Made by a program: the position numbers and the translations under genes. A stretch of 64,000 nt of DNA from Neoechinorhynchus agilis (lineage: Eukaryota; Animalia; Acanthocephala). Positions 1-11,447 of the stretch are shown here, piece after piece. The first letter of the stretch is position 1; every line of letters starts with the position of its first letter. The notes beneath the pieces were generated by a model. The model ran no database searches. It worked only from the letters and a program-made list of their open reading frames with translations, and was not told the DNA's origin. The stretch covers positions 4,215,489 to 4,279,488 of the forward strand of contig CM121342.1 in NCBI GenBank assembly GCA_051530055.1, read 5' to 3'.

Positions 1-143
1 GGCTTGTTTCAGCAGAATCCGAAGAAAAATAGACACCGAGGTCGGATCAGTGATAGATTCTTGAATTTCAAAGGTTCCTTTTCGTTTAGCCAAAGACTTT
101 ATCTTCGATTGATCGTTGATTATTTACAAAATCTTTTTTTTAA

Positions 144-428
144 ATCCCCTCATTTGTTTTTGATCCGGCCACCGTGGATAAAAAAAGGGTTCGGCGGAAA
201 AAGAAACCAAAGAAAAAGACGGTTCGTAAAGTAAAGAAAAAGGTTCAAAGGCCAAAGAAGAAGGCTGTTGAGCGTAAGCCAAAAGCAAAGAAAGCTAAGA
301 AAAGGATAAAAGGAAAAATGAAGAAGTCGATTGCGTCTAAACATAGCGCATATTTCCGTGCTTTAGAGAAAAGGATTGCTCGTCTTAAAGAAGAGTCGAT
401 GAAATTTGAGCATGAATATCAAAAATGA
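144..428 (+). CDS. Lysine-rich open frame, possibly the last exon of a gene starting upstream of the window
   Basis: Stop-free frame 144-428 encoding a very basic K/R-rich stretch followed by a helical C-terminus (SAYFRALEKRIARLKEESMKFEHEYQK). No ATG; low complexity, so it could be spurious. Confidence 0.3.
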   Translation: MPSFVFDPATVDKKRVRRKKKPKKKTVRKVKKKVQRPKKKAVERKPKAKKAKKRIKGKMKKSIASKHSAYFRALEKRIARLKEESMKFEHEYQK

Positions 429-453
429 TTATTTTTTCTGTGAAAGTGGAAAT

Positions 454-930
454 TTAGTTTTCTTTAAAGTATTCTTCAACCGCTTGAGAATCAATACCAA
501 ATTCACTGAGATCGGGTAGATGAGCTTCGTCCAATCTAAACCAATGAGCGCAATAACACCGCTTGGTTTCCCCTCGATAAATCTTCATGTATTTGACATG
601 GCATTGTTCCTCCTCGCAAACGCAACCCAAAACCGATTCGTCGTGAAAAGAAGTGACCACATTGGGATCTTCACGGGTACTTATTGCTTTTCTTTTGATT
701 TGAATTGGTCGCATTGGATTAGCGATTCCTCTGAGCCGTAAAGCAACATCGAGTCGTGCCATTCCATGCAAAGTATCCCATGGATCGAGCACACCATTAA
801 CCTGGCGATCATCGAATTTCGCCAGTACAGGACGTCTAAAGACCACTGGCGGAGAAGACTCCGGCGATTTTCGAAAATAACTTCGGAATCGATCAATCAG
901 AGCTCCACGATTCACCAAAGTAACTCTCAT
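454..930 (-). CDS. COX5B: Cytochrome c oxidase subunit 5B (zinc-binding), intronless
   Basis: ATG at 930 with an Arg-rich, presequence-like N-terminus. C-terminal TREDPNVVTS..LGCVCEEE..YRGETKRCYCAHWFRL matches the COX5B pattern with CxC and CxC zinc ligands. Confidence 0.87.
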   Translation of the reverse strand: MRVTLVNRGALIDRFRSYFRKSPESSPPVVFRRPVLAKFDDRQVNGVLDPWDTLHGMARLDVALRLRGIANPMRPIQIKRKAISTREDPNVVTSFHDESVLGCVCEEEQCHVKYMKIYRGETKRCYCAHWFRLDEAHLPDLSEFGIDSQAVEEYFKEN

Positions 931-1052
931 CCTCCTTTTTTTAATAACTCAGCACATCGCAAAGCGCCAGGAAATGTCTTATTCTTTCGAAGTTCATCGA
1001 AACAATGAGTATTTCCGATCGAGAAATACTCGTGTACTCATGGATCGCGAAA

Positions 1053-3266
1053 TTAAAAACATATTTGGAATCAGTGTCATTGGTCGAAGCACGAAATCTA
1101 GGACGAAATAAAGAAAATATTTGGAATTCTCAAAAAAGTGCTAGGACCTAGAGGACTATTAGCAAAAAAATCATTTTTCTCTATATTTTGCTTAAAAATG
1201 TATTTGGAATCAGTGTCATTGGTCGAAGCACGAAATCTAGGACGAAATAAAGAAAATATTTGGAATTCTCACAAAAGTGCTACGACCTAGAGGACTATTA
1301 GCAAAAAAATCATTTTTCTCTATATTTTGCTTAAAAACATATTTGGAATCAGTGTCATTGGTCGAAGCACGAAATCTAGGACGAAATAAAGAAAATATTT
1401 GGAATTCTCACAAAAGTGCTACGACCTAGAGGACTATTAGCAAAAAAATCATTTTTCTCTATATTTTGCTTAAAAACATATTTGGAATCAGTGTCATTGG
1501 TCGAAGCACGAAATCTAGGACGAAATAAAGAAAATATTTGGAATTCTCACAAAAGTGCTACGACCTAGAGGACTATTAGCAAAAAAATCATTTTTCTCTA
1601 TATTTTGCTTAAAAACATATTTGGAATCAGTGTCATTGGTCGAAGCACGAAATCTAGGACGAAATAAAGAAAATATTTGGAATTCTCACAAAAGTGCTAC
1701 GACCTAGAGGACTATTAGCAAAAAAATCATTTTTCTCTATATTTTGCTTAAAAACATATTTGGAATCAGTGTCATTGGTCGAAGCACGAAATCTAGGACG
1801 AAATAAAGAAAATATTTGGAATTCTCACAAAAGTGCTACGACCTAGAGGACTATTAGCAAAAAAATCATTTTTCTCTATATTTTGCTTAAAAACATATTT
1901 GGAATCAGTGTCATTGGTCGAAGCACGAAATCTAGGACGAAATAAAGAAAATATTTGGAATTCTCACAAAAGTGCTACGACCTAGAGGACTATTAGCAAA
2001 AAAATCATTTTTCTCTATATTTTGCTTAAAAACATATTTGGAATCAGTGTCATTGGTCGAAGCACGAAATCTAGGACGAAATAAAGAAAATATTTGGAAT
2101 TCTCACAAAAGTGCTACGACCTAGAGGACTATTAGCAAAAAAATCATTTTTCTCTATATTTTGCTTAAAAACATATTTGGAATCAGTGTCATTGGTCGAA
2201 GCACGAAATCTAGGACGAAATAAAGAAAATATTTGGAATTCTCACAAAAGTGCTACGACCTAGAGGACTATTAGCAAAAAATCATTTTTCTCTATATTTT
2301 GTAAAAAATGAATCAGTGTCATTGTCGAAGCACGAAATCTAGGACGAAATAAAGAAAATATTTGGAATTTCACAAAAGTGCTACGACCTAGAGGACTATT
2401 AGCGAAAAAATCATTTTTCTCTATATTTTGCTTAAAAACATATTTGGAATCAGTGTCATTGTTCGAAGCACGAAATCTAGGACGAAATAAAGAAAATATT
2501 TGGAATTTTCACAAAAGTGCTACGACCTAGAGGACTATTAGCGAAAAAATCATTTTTCTCTATATTTTGCTTAAAAACATATTTGGAATCAGTGTCATTG
2601 TTCGAAGCACGAAATCTAGGACGAAATAAAGAAAATATTTGGAATTTTCACAAAAGTCCTACGACCTAGAGGACTATTAGCGAAAAAATCATTTTTCTCT
2701 ATATTTTGCTTAAAAACATATTTGGAATCAGTGTCATTGTTCGAAGCACGAAATCTAGGACGAAATAAAGAAAATATTTGGAATTTTCACAAAAGTCCTA
2801 CGACCTAGAGGACTATTAGCGAAAAAATCATTTTTCTCTATATTTTGCTTAAAAACATATTTGGAATCAGTGTCATTGTTCGAAGCACGAAATCTAGGAC
2901 GAAATAAAGAAAATATTTGGAATTTTCACAAAAGTGCTACGACCTAGAGGACTATTAGCGAAAAAATCATTTTTCTCTATATTTTGCTTAAAAACATATT
3001 TGGAATCAGTGTCATTGGTCGAAGCACGAAATCTAGGACGAAATAAAGAAAATATTTGGAATTCTCACAAAAGTGCTACGACCTAGAGGACTATTAGCAA
3101 AAAAATCATTTTTCTCTATATTTTGCTTAAAAACATATTTGGAATCAGTGTCATTGGTCGAAGCACGAAATCTAGGACGAAATAAAGAAAATATTTGGAA
3201 TTCTCAAAAAAGTGCTAGGACCTAGAGGACTATTAGCAAAAAAATCATTTTTCTCTATATTTTGCT
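1053..3266. repeat. Tandem array A1: 139-bp unit x16
   Basis: Unit ttaaaaacatatttggaatcagtgtcattggtcgaagcacg... recurs at 1053, 1192, 1331 etc. One unit near 2300 has a ~10-nt deletion; units ~10-14 share a variant block. Confidence 0.98.
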
Positions 3267-3429
3267 CTCATCAAAAACAATTTGGTAGAAGTCTACGCGA
3301 ATTTTTAAGTATTTAACGTCTCCAAACACATTAGAAAATTGGCAAAAGATTTATTTCGTTAACGAGAAAATTGCAAGTCATTTTTTCCGTCCGACTCTCA
3401 ATAAACCCAGACGACTTATTTTGTTCCTC

Positions 3430-4029
3430 ATGAAACCAACAAAACAATTTGGTTCAGAGTTCACTGTATCGGAAACATCACTAAAACCTTTGACTATTTT
3501 AAGCGCTCGAAAATCAATTCAGTTGATCCAGGAAAGTAAATCGATCGGAACCAGAACTCTACATGAACTCGCTGATCAAAGCGAAAAGTTTAGGCGGATT
3601 CAAAGCGACCTGGACTGCGTCGATCAATCATTAAGCCAAACAAAACGCCACATCAGGAGGCTTCGTTGGAGAAATGTTCTCCCGTTCACTTTAATGAGTT
3701 TATTTAGTTGCGAAAAATGGATGTGGTTCATCTGTGGAAGTTGCTTGAACCGCCGATCAAAGTCAAAACAACCAATCAAAATAATCAAATTACGGAGTAT
3801 CTCAGAACCAAATTTGTTTGGTACCGAGTCAACGGACCAACTGAACTCCGCCCTTGTAGAAATGTCCAAGGGACTCGCAGGGCTAAAATCAATGGCAATG
3901 GAAATGAACGCCGAATTAAACGACCACAGCGAGTTGATCGATTCGACAAACATTCAAATCGACCAAACGAATAAAGACCTCGATGACCAGTGCCGTGATT
4001 TGATGAGAATCTCAAAGCGGAGGTTTTAG
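3430..4029 (+). CDS. SNAP-25/23/29-family Qbc-SNARE, intronless
   Basis: Two SNARE heptad motifs (SIQLIQESKSIGTRTLHELADQSEKFRRI; LVEMSKGLAGLKSMAMEMNAELNDHSELID) joined by a Cys-containing linker. ATG at 3430. Confidence 0.8.
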   Translation: MKPTKQFGSEFTVSETSLKPLTILSARKSIQLIQESKSIGTRTLHELADQSEKFRRIQSDLDCVDQSLSQTKRHIRRLRWRNVLPFTLMSLFSCEKWMWFICGSCLNRRSKSKQPIKIIKLRSISEPNLFGTESTDQLNSALVEMSKGLAGLKSMAMEMNAELNDHSELIDSTNIQIDQTNKDLDDQCRDLMRISKRRF

Positions 4030-4273
4030 TCGGCAACGATCTTGTGGATTTGTAAGTGGAAAATTAATGGCTTTTTTGGTAAATATTTGAAGGAATTTAT
4101 CATCAAACGTGAAAGTGTGAAGAGCAGAGAATAAATTTATCAATAGCGATTTGTTGAAATGTTTTTAATGTCAAAAGTGTTCGCATTTGTTAATACTCAC
4201 AAAGAAAAAGGTTGATAGTTTGCTCCATTCCTCGGAGCGATAAGACAAATCGAATATTCACCCTAAAAGGCAA

Positions 4274-5245
4274 AATCATTCTCGATCATTAACCTCAAAA
4301 TGAAATCCTTTTTATTGATCTCACTCATCGCTGCCCTCGCATTCTGCGCTCTCAGTGCCGCCGCCGCTGCAAGAAAAGATGCAAAATGGGTATCAGAGGA
4401 CGATCTCGACAAATCTTTGGTGGAGTTTGCCGTCAAAAGCGGAAAAGTTCCAATGAAAGTTGAACGTGGCAAGAGATGTGAGTTATAAGATGTCTTAACC
4501 TTTTAACAACTTTATCTTTAGTCTTCTTTGGACCTGGAATATTTCTGATCTACATTTTGTTCCTGCTTCCGTTCCTGATGGGCGGCTGTGGTGGATTTGG
4601 CGGTCCTGGACTCTGTGGATCGCCGCCCTGTGGACCACCTCAATGCTGTCCAACTTTTTAAACATCCTTAACCGATAGCTTAGTGTAGACGGGCGGAGAA
4701 ATAGTTTCTGCCTACCTTTAATTGTAGGCTTCTTAATTACCCAATAAAACTTTACATTGAAGAAATATTCATGGGAGCCATTAATAATTTATTATAAAGC
4801 AAAAATTAAACCGATTTGATCGAATTGTGAACAAACCTTGAAGTGTCCGATTTGTTTTTAAAGACGCGACCGCAAGCTGAACAACAGTCAAAAAAATCAG
4901 AGCGAATTTCGTTCGATTCCAGAAAGTTTTGCACTTTAACCATCTTTTCGGATTTCATCGATCAACTTTTTTTCATTAAAATTGAATTTAACACGCGTCT
5001 CCAAATTTGCTTTTCTCGATTACTTTTATTTATTGGAGATCGATCGGATCGTTTTAAAGTCAATATTCGTCAACGGAAAGTAGTTTGTCGGTATTTTAAG
5101 AGTAAATTTAATTGTTAATAAACCAGGAAATTCTACGATTCGCATAACAAAATGCTCAAATTATTTAATCGCTTTTGCTTCATCAATGTTCTTTAGATTA
5201 AATGAGAGATTTTCCAGGAGGTGAAAGTTTAATGGGAGTTTCGGT
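4274..5245. repeat. 972-bp block duplicated in inverted orientation at 14066-15037
   Basis: Near-identical reverse-complement match with sharp ends (aatcattctcg... and ...gggagtttcggt). Confidence 0.95.
4300..4661 (+). CDS. Secreted prepropeptide, copy 1 (105 aa; exons 4300-4477 and 4522-4661)
   Basis: GTGAGT donor at 4478 and TTTAG acceptor at 4521 give a 44-nt intron. Spliced product: signal peptide MKSFLLISLIAALAFCALSAAAA, then RK..GKR, then FFFGPGIFLIYILFLLPFLMGGCGGFGGPGLCGSPPCGPPQCCPTF*. AATAAA at 4743. Differences from copy 2 in exon 1 are all synonymous. Confidence 0.82.
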
Positions 5246-6790
5246 TAGAGACTGCCGCCAATCGAGTTCGGTTCACCGGGTCACGAGAATCTGAAATTAA
5301 AGAGTTATGAATTCTCGCTACCCGGGGTGAGTCCCAAAAAGGATTGTTTGCAACCATTGACGGGTACCTGCTCGCTGCCTGAATCTCCACACCAAAGATA
5401 AAGAGCCTCCAGGAAACCTTCATTTAAAGTGTAATTCTCGTCAAGAACGAATTTAACAACTTTTCGACTTGCTTCATACGATCCCAAATAAGAGGCGATC
5501 AGAGAAATATCGGCTGCTTTTCGGATAGCAAAACCTCCAAGACCGCAGAGGCAAGGACGTTTGACGCCGGGTCTCATCCGGCAGCTGAATATTTAGAATT
5601 TTCTCGAGAGAGGCTTTCACCGTCTCGTCTAATTTTGCCAGCTTATCCTTATGTCTAAAAAAAGGTGTTGTGCGCAGCTTATACAGCAGTTTTGGAATAA
5701 AGAGGATGTTCTTGATCAGGAACAGAGTTTCGTGTAAAGATAATTCATCAATTCGTTCGCACAACACTGAAAGTTGCGGTTTGAAGATTGGTAATCTCTG
5801 CTTAAACATTAGAATCAAAAATGCAACTTCCTAGAATACTCAACTGGTCTTAAGTGATCAATTCTATCCCGGGGGCAAGGTTCTGAAAATCTTTCACGAT
5901 AGTTTGCCTGGACGCTCCACGTTCATCACTAATATCTCGCATTTCGCAGCATTCAATTCAATGAAAAAATTTCTCCTCCACGAATGTCTCCAAATCGAGC
6001 AGTACAACAGAGACGTTGCCCCAGAGCTTGACATCATCCAAGTAAGAGCCCTTAAAGATGGATTGGAGAGTGCGCGACGGGATTGACTGCGAGTGAGAAG
6101 GCTATTGGGCCCAAAGGATCTCCTTGTTGAAATCCTGTTTCTGACCACGAAACTGACTTTTTCGAGAAAATCTGCTCAGTGAACTGTGTTGAATGAATTT
6201 TTGAAATTTTCCGGTGATGAACGTGCGGAGTGAATGAACAATCGCATCTACGCCCCAAGGTGTACAGAAGTCTGAGTAGGCCGAAGCAGTTTCCCTCCTT
6301 TTTCCGAGATCCATTTATTTAACATTTTTGATGTTAAGCGGCGCAGAGTTTTTCCAATTGCAATGCGACGGATTCCGACCTTTCTTTTTCGCGGCGACAC
6401 ACAAAGATGCGCCGAAAAATAGCTCAATTGCTTTCGGAATCAACTCTCCCCCTGCGAATTGGTCGACTAAGCGTGCCAATGCATCTTCTGGGGACTGGGC
6501 AGCGTCACTTACTGAAAAGGAAGTCACATCCTTTAGGTGCTGGGGCCGGAGTCCGTCAAGCCCTTTAGCTGATCCGTTAGAAAATGTTGAGTTTGTCATC
6601 TTCACTTCTGATTTCGATGATAAAACATAAGGAATCGTATCGAAGGACGAGGATTTCACGAAATACTTTAGACCGTCGCAACAGTTTCTTCGTTATTTTT
6701 GGCGAGACTGTCCATTGATGATAAAAGACGAGCTGCTCCTCTGACATCTCCGTCTGCGAGCTTCGAAGAAACGCGTATATTTTGGAATTC
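5246..6790 (-). mobile_element. Degenerate CRE-clade non-LTR retrotransposon remnant (RT region)
   Basis: Frameshifted fragments encode GLDGLRPQHLKD, FFGASLC, GFQQGDPLGPIAFSL, SYLDD (6033-6044), ELNAAKCE and FIPKLLYKLRT. Bases 5246-5660 closely match 17811-18210. Confidence 0.9.
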
Positions 6791-7154
6791 AACTAATTTT
6801 TAGGGCAGATTTGGGAATTTAAAACATCAGTTTTCACTCGTAAAATATCGAGATGTTCGCTCAGAGTTGAGTTGTTGTTTAGAATATAGAAATGAAGTCC
6901 TCGAATAGGACGGGTTTTTAAAAAACGACCTAAATAATTGAACAATCACGATGCGAAATAGTAATCTTTTTAGCTAAGAATTTATTAGGTGCGTGCTTTG
7001 ATGACTAATTACTGAAAAAAACTTCAACGAATTGAATACGCAAGTTTGTCAATACGAAGAAAAAGGTTGATAGTTTGCTCCCTTCCTCGGAGCGATAAGA
7101 CAAATCGAATATTCACCCTAAAAGGCAAAATCATTCTCGATCATTAACCTCAAA

Positions 7155-7546
7155 ATGAAATCCTTTTTATTGATCTCACTCATTGCCGCCCTCGCATTTT
7201 GCGCTCTCAGTGCCGCCGCCGCTGCAAGGAAGGATGCAAAATGGGTATCAGAGGACGATCTCGACAAATCTTTGGTGGAGTTTGCCGTCAAAAGCGGAAA
7301 AGTGCCAATGAAAGTTGAACGTGGCAAGAGATGTGAGTTATAAGATGTCTTAACCTTTTAACAACTTTATCTTTAGTCTTCTTTGGACCTGGAATATTTC
7401 TGATCTACATTTTGTTCCTGCTTCCGTTCCTGATGGGCGGCTGTGGTGGATTTGGCGGTCCTGGACTCTGTGGATCGCCGCCCTGTGGACCAGCGCAGTG
7501 CTGCCAGCCGTGCTGCCCGCTTCCATGTTGCCCTGTCCCGCAATAG
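7155..7546 (+). CDS. Secreted prepropeptide, copy 2 (115 aa; exons 7155-7332 and 7377-7546), long Cys tail
   Basis: Same exon 1 protein and identical 44-nt intron as copy 1. C-terminus is ...CGSPPCGPAQCCQPCCPLPCCPVPQ*. Shares ~95 nt of upstream sequence with copy 1. Confidence 0.82.
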
Positions 7547-7991
7547 ATAGCTATTAGATTCAATCGATTTTAGTTGCGTAGAATAAATAGTGGTTTATCG
7601 TAGTTTTGTACGGGATGCCCGGATTCAGAGATTAAAAATACGCTCAGAAATGCAAATTTTATCCGAGCAAAGGTGATTTTTTCTTTTCGTTCTTAATGAT
7701 AACTTTATCCGTTCTTAAAGCATCACTCAACGAGGCATAAAAGTTGGTCGTTTTTCTGCTCCTATTTTTTGGTACCTTTCCAATAATCTCATTTATGCCA
7801 ATTTGCCTATTTAGTGTTTAGGACATTAATAATCGGATCTATCAGATCTCAGAGTTTTTTTGGAGAAATCGAAAAAGCGTAATAAAAACGTTTTCAAACT
7901 AACTTTTAATTTAAAATTTGTCCGAAAAATCGTTTGAGTGAAGATCAAGGAATTGGTTTAAACATTTTAAAAAGAGAATTTTAATAAAGAT

Positions 7992-8049
7992 TGGCATTCG
8001 CGACACAAAGTTTCAAAGTGAATTTTCATTGTATCGGTCATTGGTGCCA
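7992..8049 (-). promoter_or_regulatory. Type II SECIS element in the GPX4 3' UTR
   Basis: Minus strand reads tggcacca-ATGA-ccgatacaatg-AAAA-ttcactttgaa-actttgtgtcgc-GA-atgcca. It has the AUGA/GA core, an 11-nt spacing to the AAR motif, a stem cgatacaa/ttgtgtcg, an apical mini-stem ttca/tgaa and a lower helix tggca/tgcca. Confidence 0.9.
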
Positions 8050-8086
8050 GTTCTTTTTTGAAATTTCTCTACATTCGCGAGTACGT

Positions 8087-8803
8087 TTAATTGTCCAATA
8101 GATCCTTCAAGTCACCTTCAATGTTCTAAAGAAAAAAACCTGAAAGTTTGAAAAAACATTTTCGAGAATGACCTTTGAGTCGACGTTTGTTCCGTATCGT
8201 TTCATTGGTTTGCCTTGTTTATTAATAAGAAACTTTGTAAAGTTCCATTTAACAAAACTAAACGGAATAAATGCGACTGCATGAAATAAATGGAAACTCC
8301 AACCTGCCCAAGAAACCGCCCGTTTGAGATTTTAGATACTTAAAGAGCGGGTGCGCTTTCGATCCGTTCACTTCTATTTTTGAGAACATATCGAAAGTAA
8401 CGCCCCTTTCCGCCGCAAAAGCCTTTATCTCAGATTCGGGCCAAGGTTCCTAAATTAATATCTTTTTCAGTACCAAGGATGCAATTTCGGAATTTCTTTA
8501 TTACCTGCGAACCGAATTGGTTGCACGGGAACGCAAGGATCCGGAGACCACTCGAAGAATACTTATTGAACAATTCTTGAAGGTGATTGTACTCGCGAGC
8601 AGTAACGCCTCATTTACACGCAACGTTCAATATTATACAGACTTTTCCTCTGGAGAAAACAGAACAACATCTCAAAAGAAAGTTGAACCTTCCAGTTACC
8701 TGTATCTCTCGAGATCCACTAAATTGCCGTCAATGTCCATGGCAGCAAAGTCGTAGATGCTTTTGGCTTTCTTGTAATCCAAATTCAGTTTGTCCTCAGA
8801 CAT
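8087..8803 (-). CDS. GPX4: Phospholipid-hydroperoxide glutathione peroxidase, selenoprotein (172 aa, 5 exons: 8803-8700, 8649-8505, 8449-8304, 8257-8173, 8125-8087)
   Basis: Spliced frame gives [31 protein letters not shown](TGA 8612-8610)-[28 protein letters not shown] and KWNFTKFLI. All intron phases agree (519 nt) and a SECIS lies downstream. An extra upstream exon is possible. Confidence 0.95.
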
Positions 8804-9362
8804 CGCAAAAGACAATCTCTGAAAAACGAGGAGGAAGGCAAGCAATGTTTTTGTACTCACGGCGCAAACTCGTTGATAACGAGCAAAACGACGGCTTGCA
8901 CGTGGGATTTATTATTTCGCCATTTTTATCGGTTGCAAAGTTCGTTTTGAACGTTTATTCACTTGATTTGTTCGTTTGAGTAAGTTAACATCATAATTCT
9001 GGTTTAATACAAAAAAAAGAACGTTTCAAACTAAAGATTTTTTGTCTTCATTTTAATCTCCGTCGATTTTAATGCTGTTAACAACGCCAAATCTTCTCGA
9101 TTCTCATAAAACCGTAAATAAGAAGTTTTCCCCCACGGTGTTCGTCGCTTCTTTTCCAAAACGGCCTCAATTTCTAATAACTGTCTTATTTCATTGTTTA
9201 TTAGAAACAACAACGGAGTAAAAATCTTATTTCTGAACTTATTTGATTGTAAAAATGTCATAGTATTAAAAAAAACTAAATCAGATAGTTGTTAAATCTT
9301 AATAATGCCCAGTTTTGTTTTAAAAACAATCCTTTTTACCTATAGATCATCTCTCTCTTTCA

Positions 9363-10289
9363 TCAGGCGTTTCCTTTCCTCGGTTCAGGTGATAAAGCAT
9401 TGGCCACCATCTCATAGACGACAAAAGTGATACAACTGGCAGGAGTGACCCTGACTAAAGTCGGTAAAAGTCCTTTATAAAGAGCAAAGAATCCTTCTGT
9501 TCGAAGAAGATCATCGATTGCATGCATGGTGCCTCGGTAATGCCGATGTTGTTGTTGCAATCGTGATTTAATGACTTGATGGGGATAAAGAGCAACGGCT
9601 GCCAGTATTTTGGACACTCCTGAACAAATGGCATAAATAATAGGGCCCATCATAGCATCCTTGTCCACTCCATAGTACAAACGAAACGATTGCTTCAAGT
9701 ATTCATAAGCACCAAACTGGATTGTACCATGGAAAGTTCCAAAGAACGCAGGTACGAGTCCACCGTATAAAGCAGTGAATCCTTCTTCCCTTACGACCTT
9801 AACCATTCCACCGAATACACCACTATATCGATTTGTATCCCATTTGTATTGGAGACAAAGACGAGTCTTCATAACCCAAATCGGATTGGTCACTAGCATG
9901 GTCAATACTCCTGCCAATGTGGCGTTTTGCATGTGAGTGATCGAGCTGAGTTGCCGAGTAGGATCGGATGATTGGTAATAGGATCTTAGAGAATTGTAAA
10001 CTAAAAAGTAGAGACCCCATGAAAGTCCAGCTCCTATCAGACTTGGATAAACTCCTTGATATAAAGCACCTATTCCACCTTCGATGTATATTTTGCGGAG
10101 TGCGTCAACAAAACCACTGTACCGAGGACGAATTACTTTGCTTTTCTTAGCTGCTGAAGTCCCTTCGTCGACTTGCATTCGAACCTTGACCAGATCAAGA
10201 GGGTGCAAAACGAGAGTGGATACTAGACCACCAGCTATTCCGGCAATAAAGTGACCAATCTTCAAGTGTCCAAACAAAGTAGAACGCAT
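9363..10289 (-). CDS. SLC25A32: Mitochondrial folate/FAD carrier (SLC25 family), intronless
   Basis: 308 aa with three carrier repeats and PxDxxKxR-type motifs (HPLDLVKVRMQ, NPIWVMKTRLCLQ, YPHQVIKSRLQ). The NPIWVxKTR motif is typical of the folate carrier. Confidence 0.88.
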   Translation of the reverse strand: MRSTLFGHLKIGHFIAGIAGGLVSTLVLHPLDLVKVRMQVDEGTSAAKKSKVIRPRYSGFVDALRKIYIEGGIGALYQGVYPSLIGAGLSWGLYFLVYNSLRSYYQSSDPTRQLSSITHMQNATLAGVLTMLVTNPIWVMKTRLCLQYKWDTNRYSGVFGGMVKVVREEGFTALYGGLVPAFFGTFHGTIQFGAYEYLKQSFRLYYGVDKDAMMGPIIYAICSGVSKILAAVALYPHQVIKSRLQQQHRHYRGTMHAIDDLLRTEGFFALYKGLLPTLVRVTPASCITFVVYEMVANALSPEPRKGNA

Positions 10290-10304
10290 TTTTTTATTTG
10301 TAGT

Positions 10305-11315
10305 GATAATCTACCAAAATCGAGTGGGAAATTGAGGCGGAAAAGTGGAAAAACAAACGAGAATTAGAATAATTTCTCATTTTGTGAGTCGAAAGAGCAA
10401 AAAAAAGTTGAAATTCTCCTTTAACAAAAAGGATCCAAAGAATATTCCGAAATATTTCCTCAAAAGTTATAATCAACTAAGAAAATCGAGTGGGAAATTG
10501 AGGTGGAAAAGTAGAAAAATAAACGAGAATTTTAACAATTTCTCATTTTGTGAGTCGATGGGTGAAAAAAAGGTTGAAATTCTCCTTTAAGAAGAAGGAT
10601 CCAACGAATATTCCGAAATATTTCCTCAAAAGTTATAATCAACTAAGAAAATCGAGTGGGAAATTGAGGTGGAAAAGTAGAAAAACAAACGAGAATTTAA
10701 ACAATTTCTCATTTTGTGAGTAGAAAGAGCAAAAAAAGGTTGAAATTCTCCTTTAACAAGAAGGATCCAAAGAATATTCCGAAATATTTCCTCAAAAGTT
10801 ATAATCAACTAAGAAAATCGAGTGGGAAATTCAGGCGGAAAAGTAGAAAAACAAACGAGAATTAGAACAATTTCTCATTTTGTGAGTCGATAGGAGAAAA
10901 AAAGGTTGAAATTCTCCTTTAAGAAGAAGGATCCAAAGAATATTCCAATATTTAATCAACTAAGAAAATCGATTGGGAAATTGAGGCGGAAAAGTAGAAA
11001 AACAAACGAGAATTAGAACAATTTCTCATTTTGTGAGTCGAAAGACCAAAAAAAGGTTGAAATTCTCCTTTAAGAAGAAGGACCCAAAGATTATTCCGAA
11101 ATATTTCCTCAAAAGTGATAATCAACTAAGAAAATCGAGTGGGAAATTAAGGCGGAAAAGTAGAAAAACAAACGAGAATTAGAACAATTTCTCATTTTGT
11201 GAGTAGAAAGAGCAAAAAAGGTTGAAATTCTCCTTTAAGAAGGACCCATAGAATAATCTCCAATATTTAATCAACTGAGAAAATCGAGTGGGAAATTCAG
11301 GCGGAAAAGTGGAAC
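10305..11315. repeat. Tandem array A2: ~166-bp unit x~6.1
   Basis: aatcaactaagaaaatcgagtgggaaatt recurs at 10471, 10637, 10803, 10954, 11120 and 11269; two units are ~150 bp. Confidence 0.96.
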
Positions 11316-11447
11316 CAACAAACGGACAAACGCAAGAATTTCTAAGTTTCTTTCGTTTTTGTCATTGAAATTAAAGTTCTTGAGATTCTCACTCGGATTA
11401 AGGTCTCGATTTTTCCTGCGAAACAATTGAATTGACCAAAAACGAAT

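Noticed and set aside
4809-5246. 6-bp terminal inverted repeat aaccga/tcggtt suggesting a MITE inside the duplicated block
   Set aside because: Too short, not conserved in the second copy (aaacggtt) and no TSD.
9031-9261. 76-aa minus-strand ORF between SLC25A32 and GPX4
   Set aside because: No recognisable features; an ORF of this length is expected by chance.
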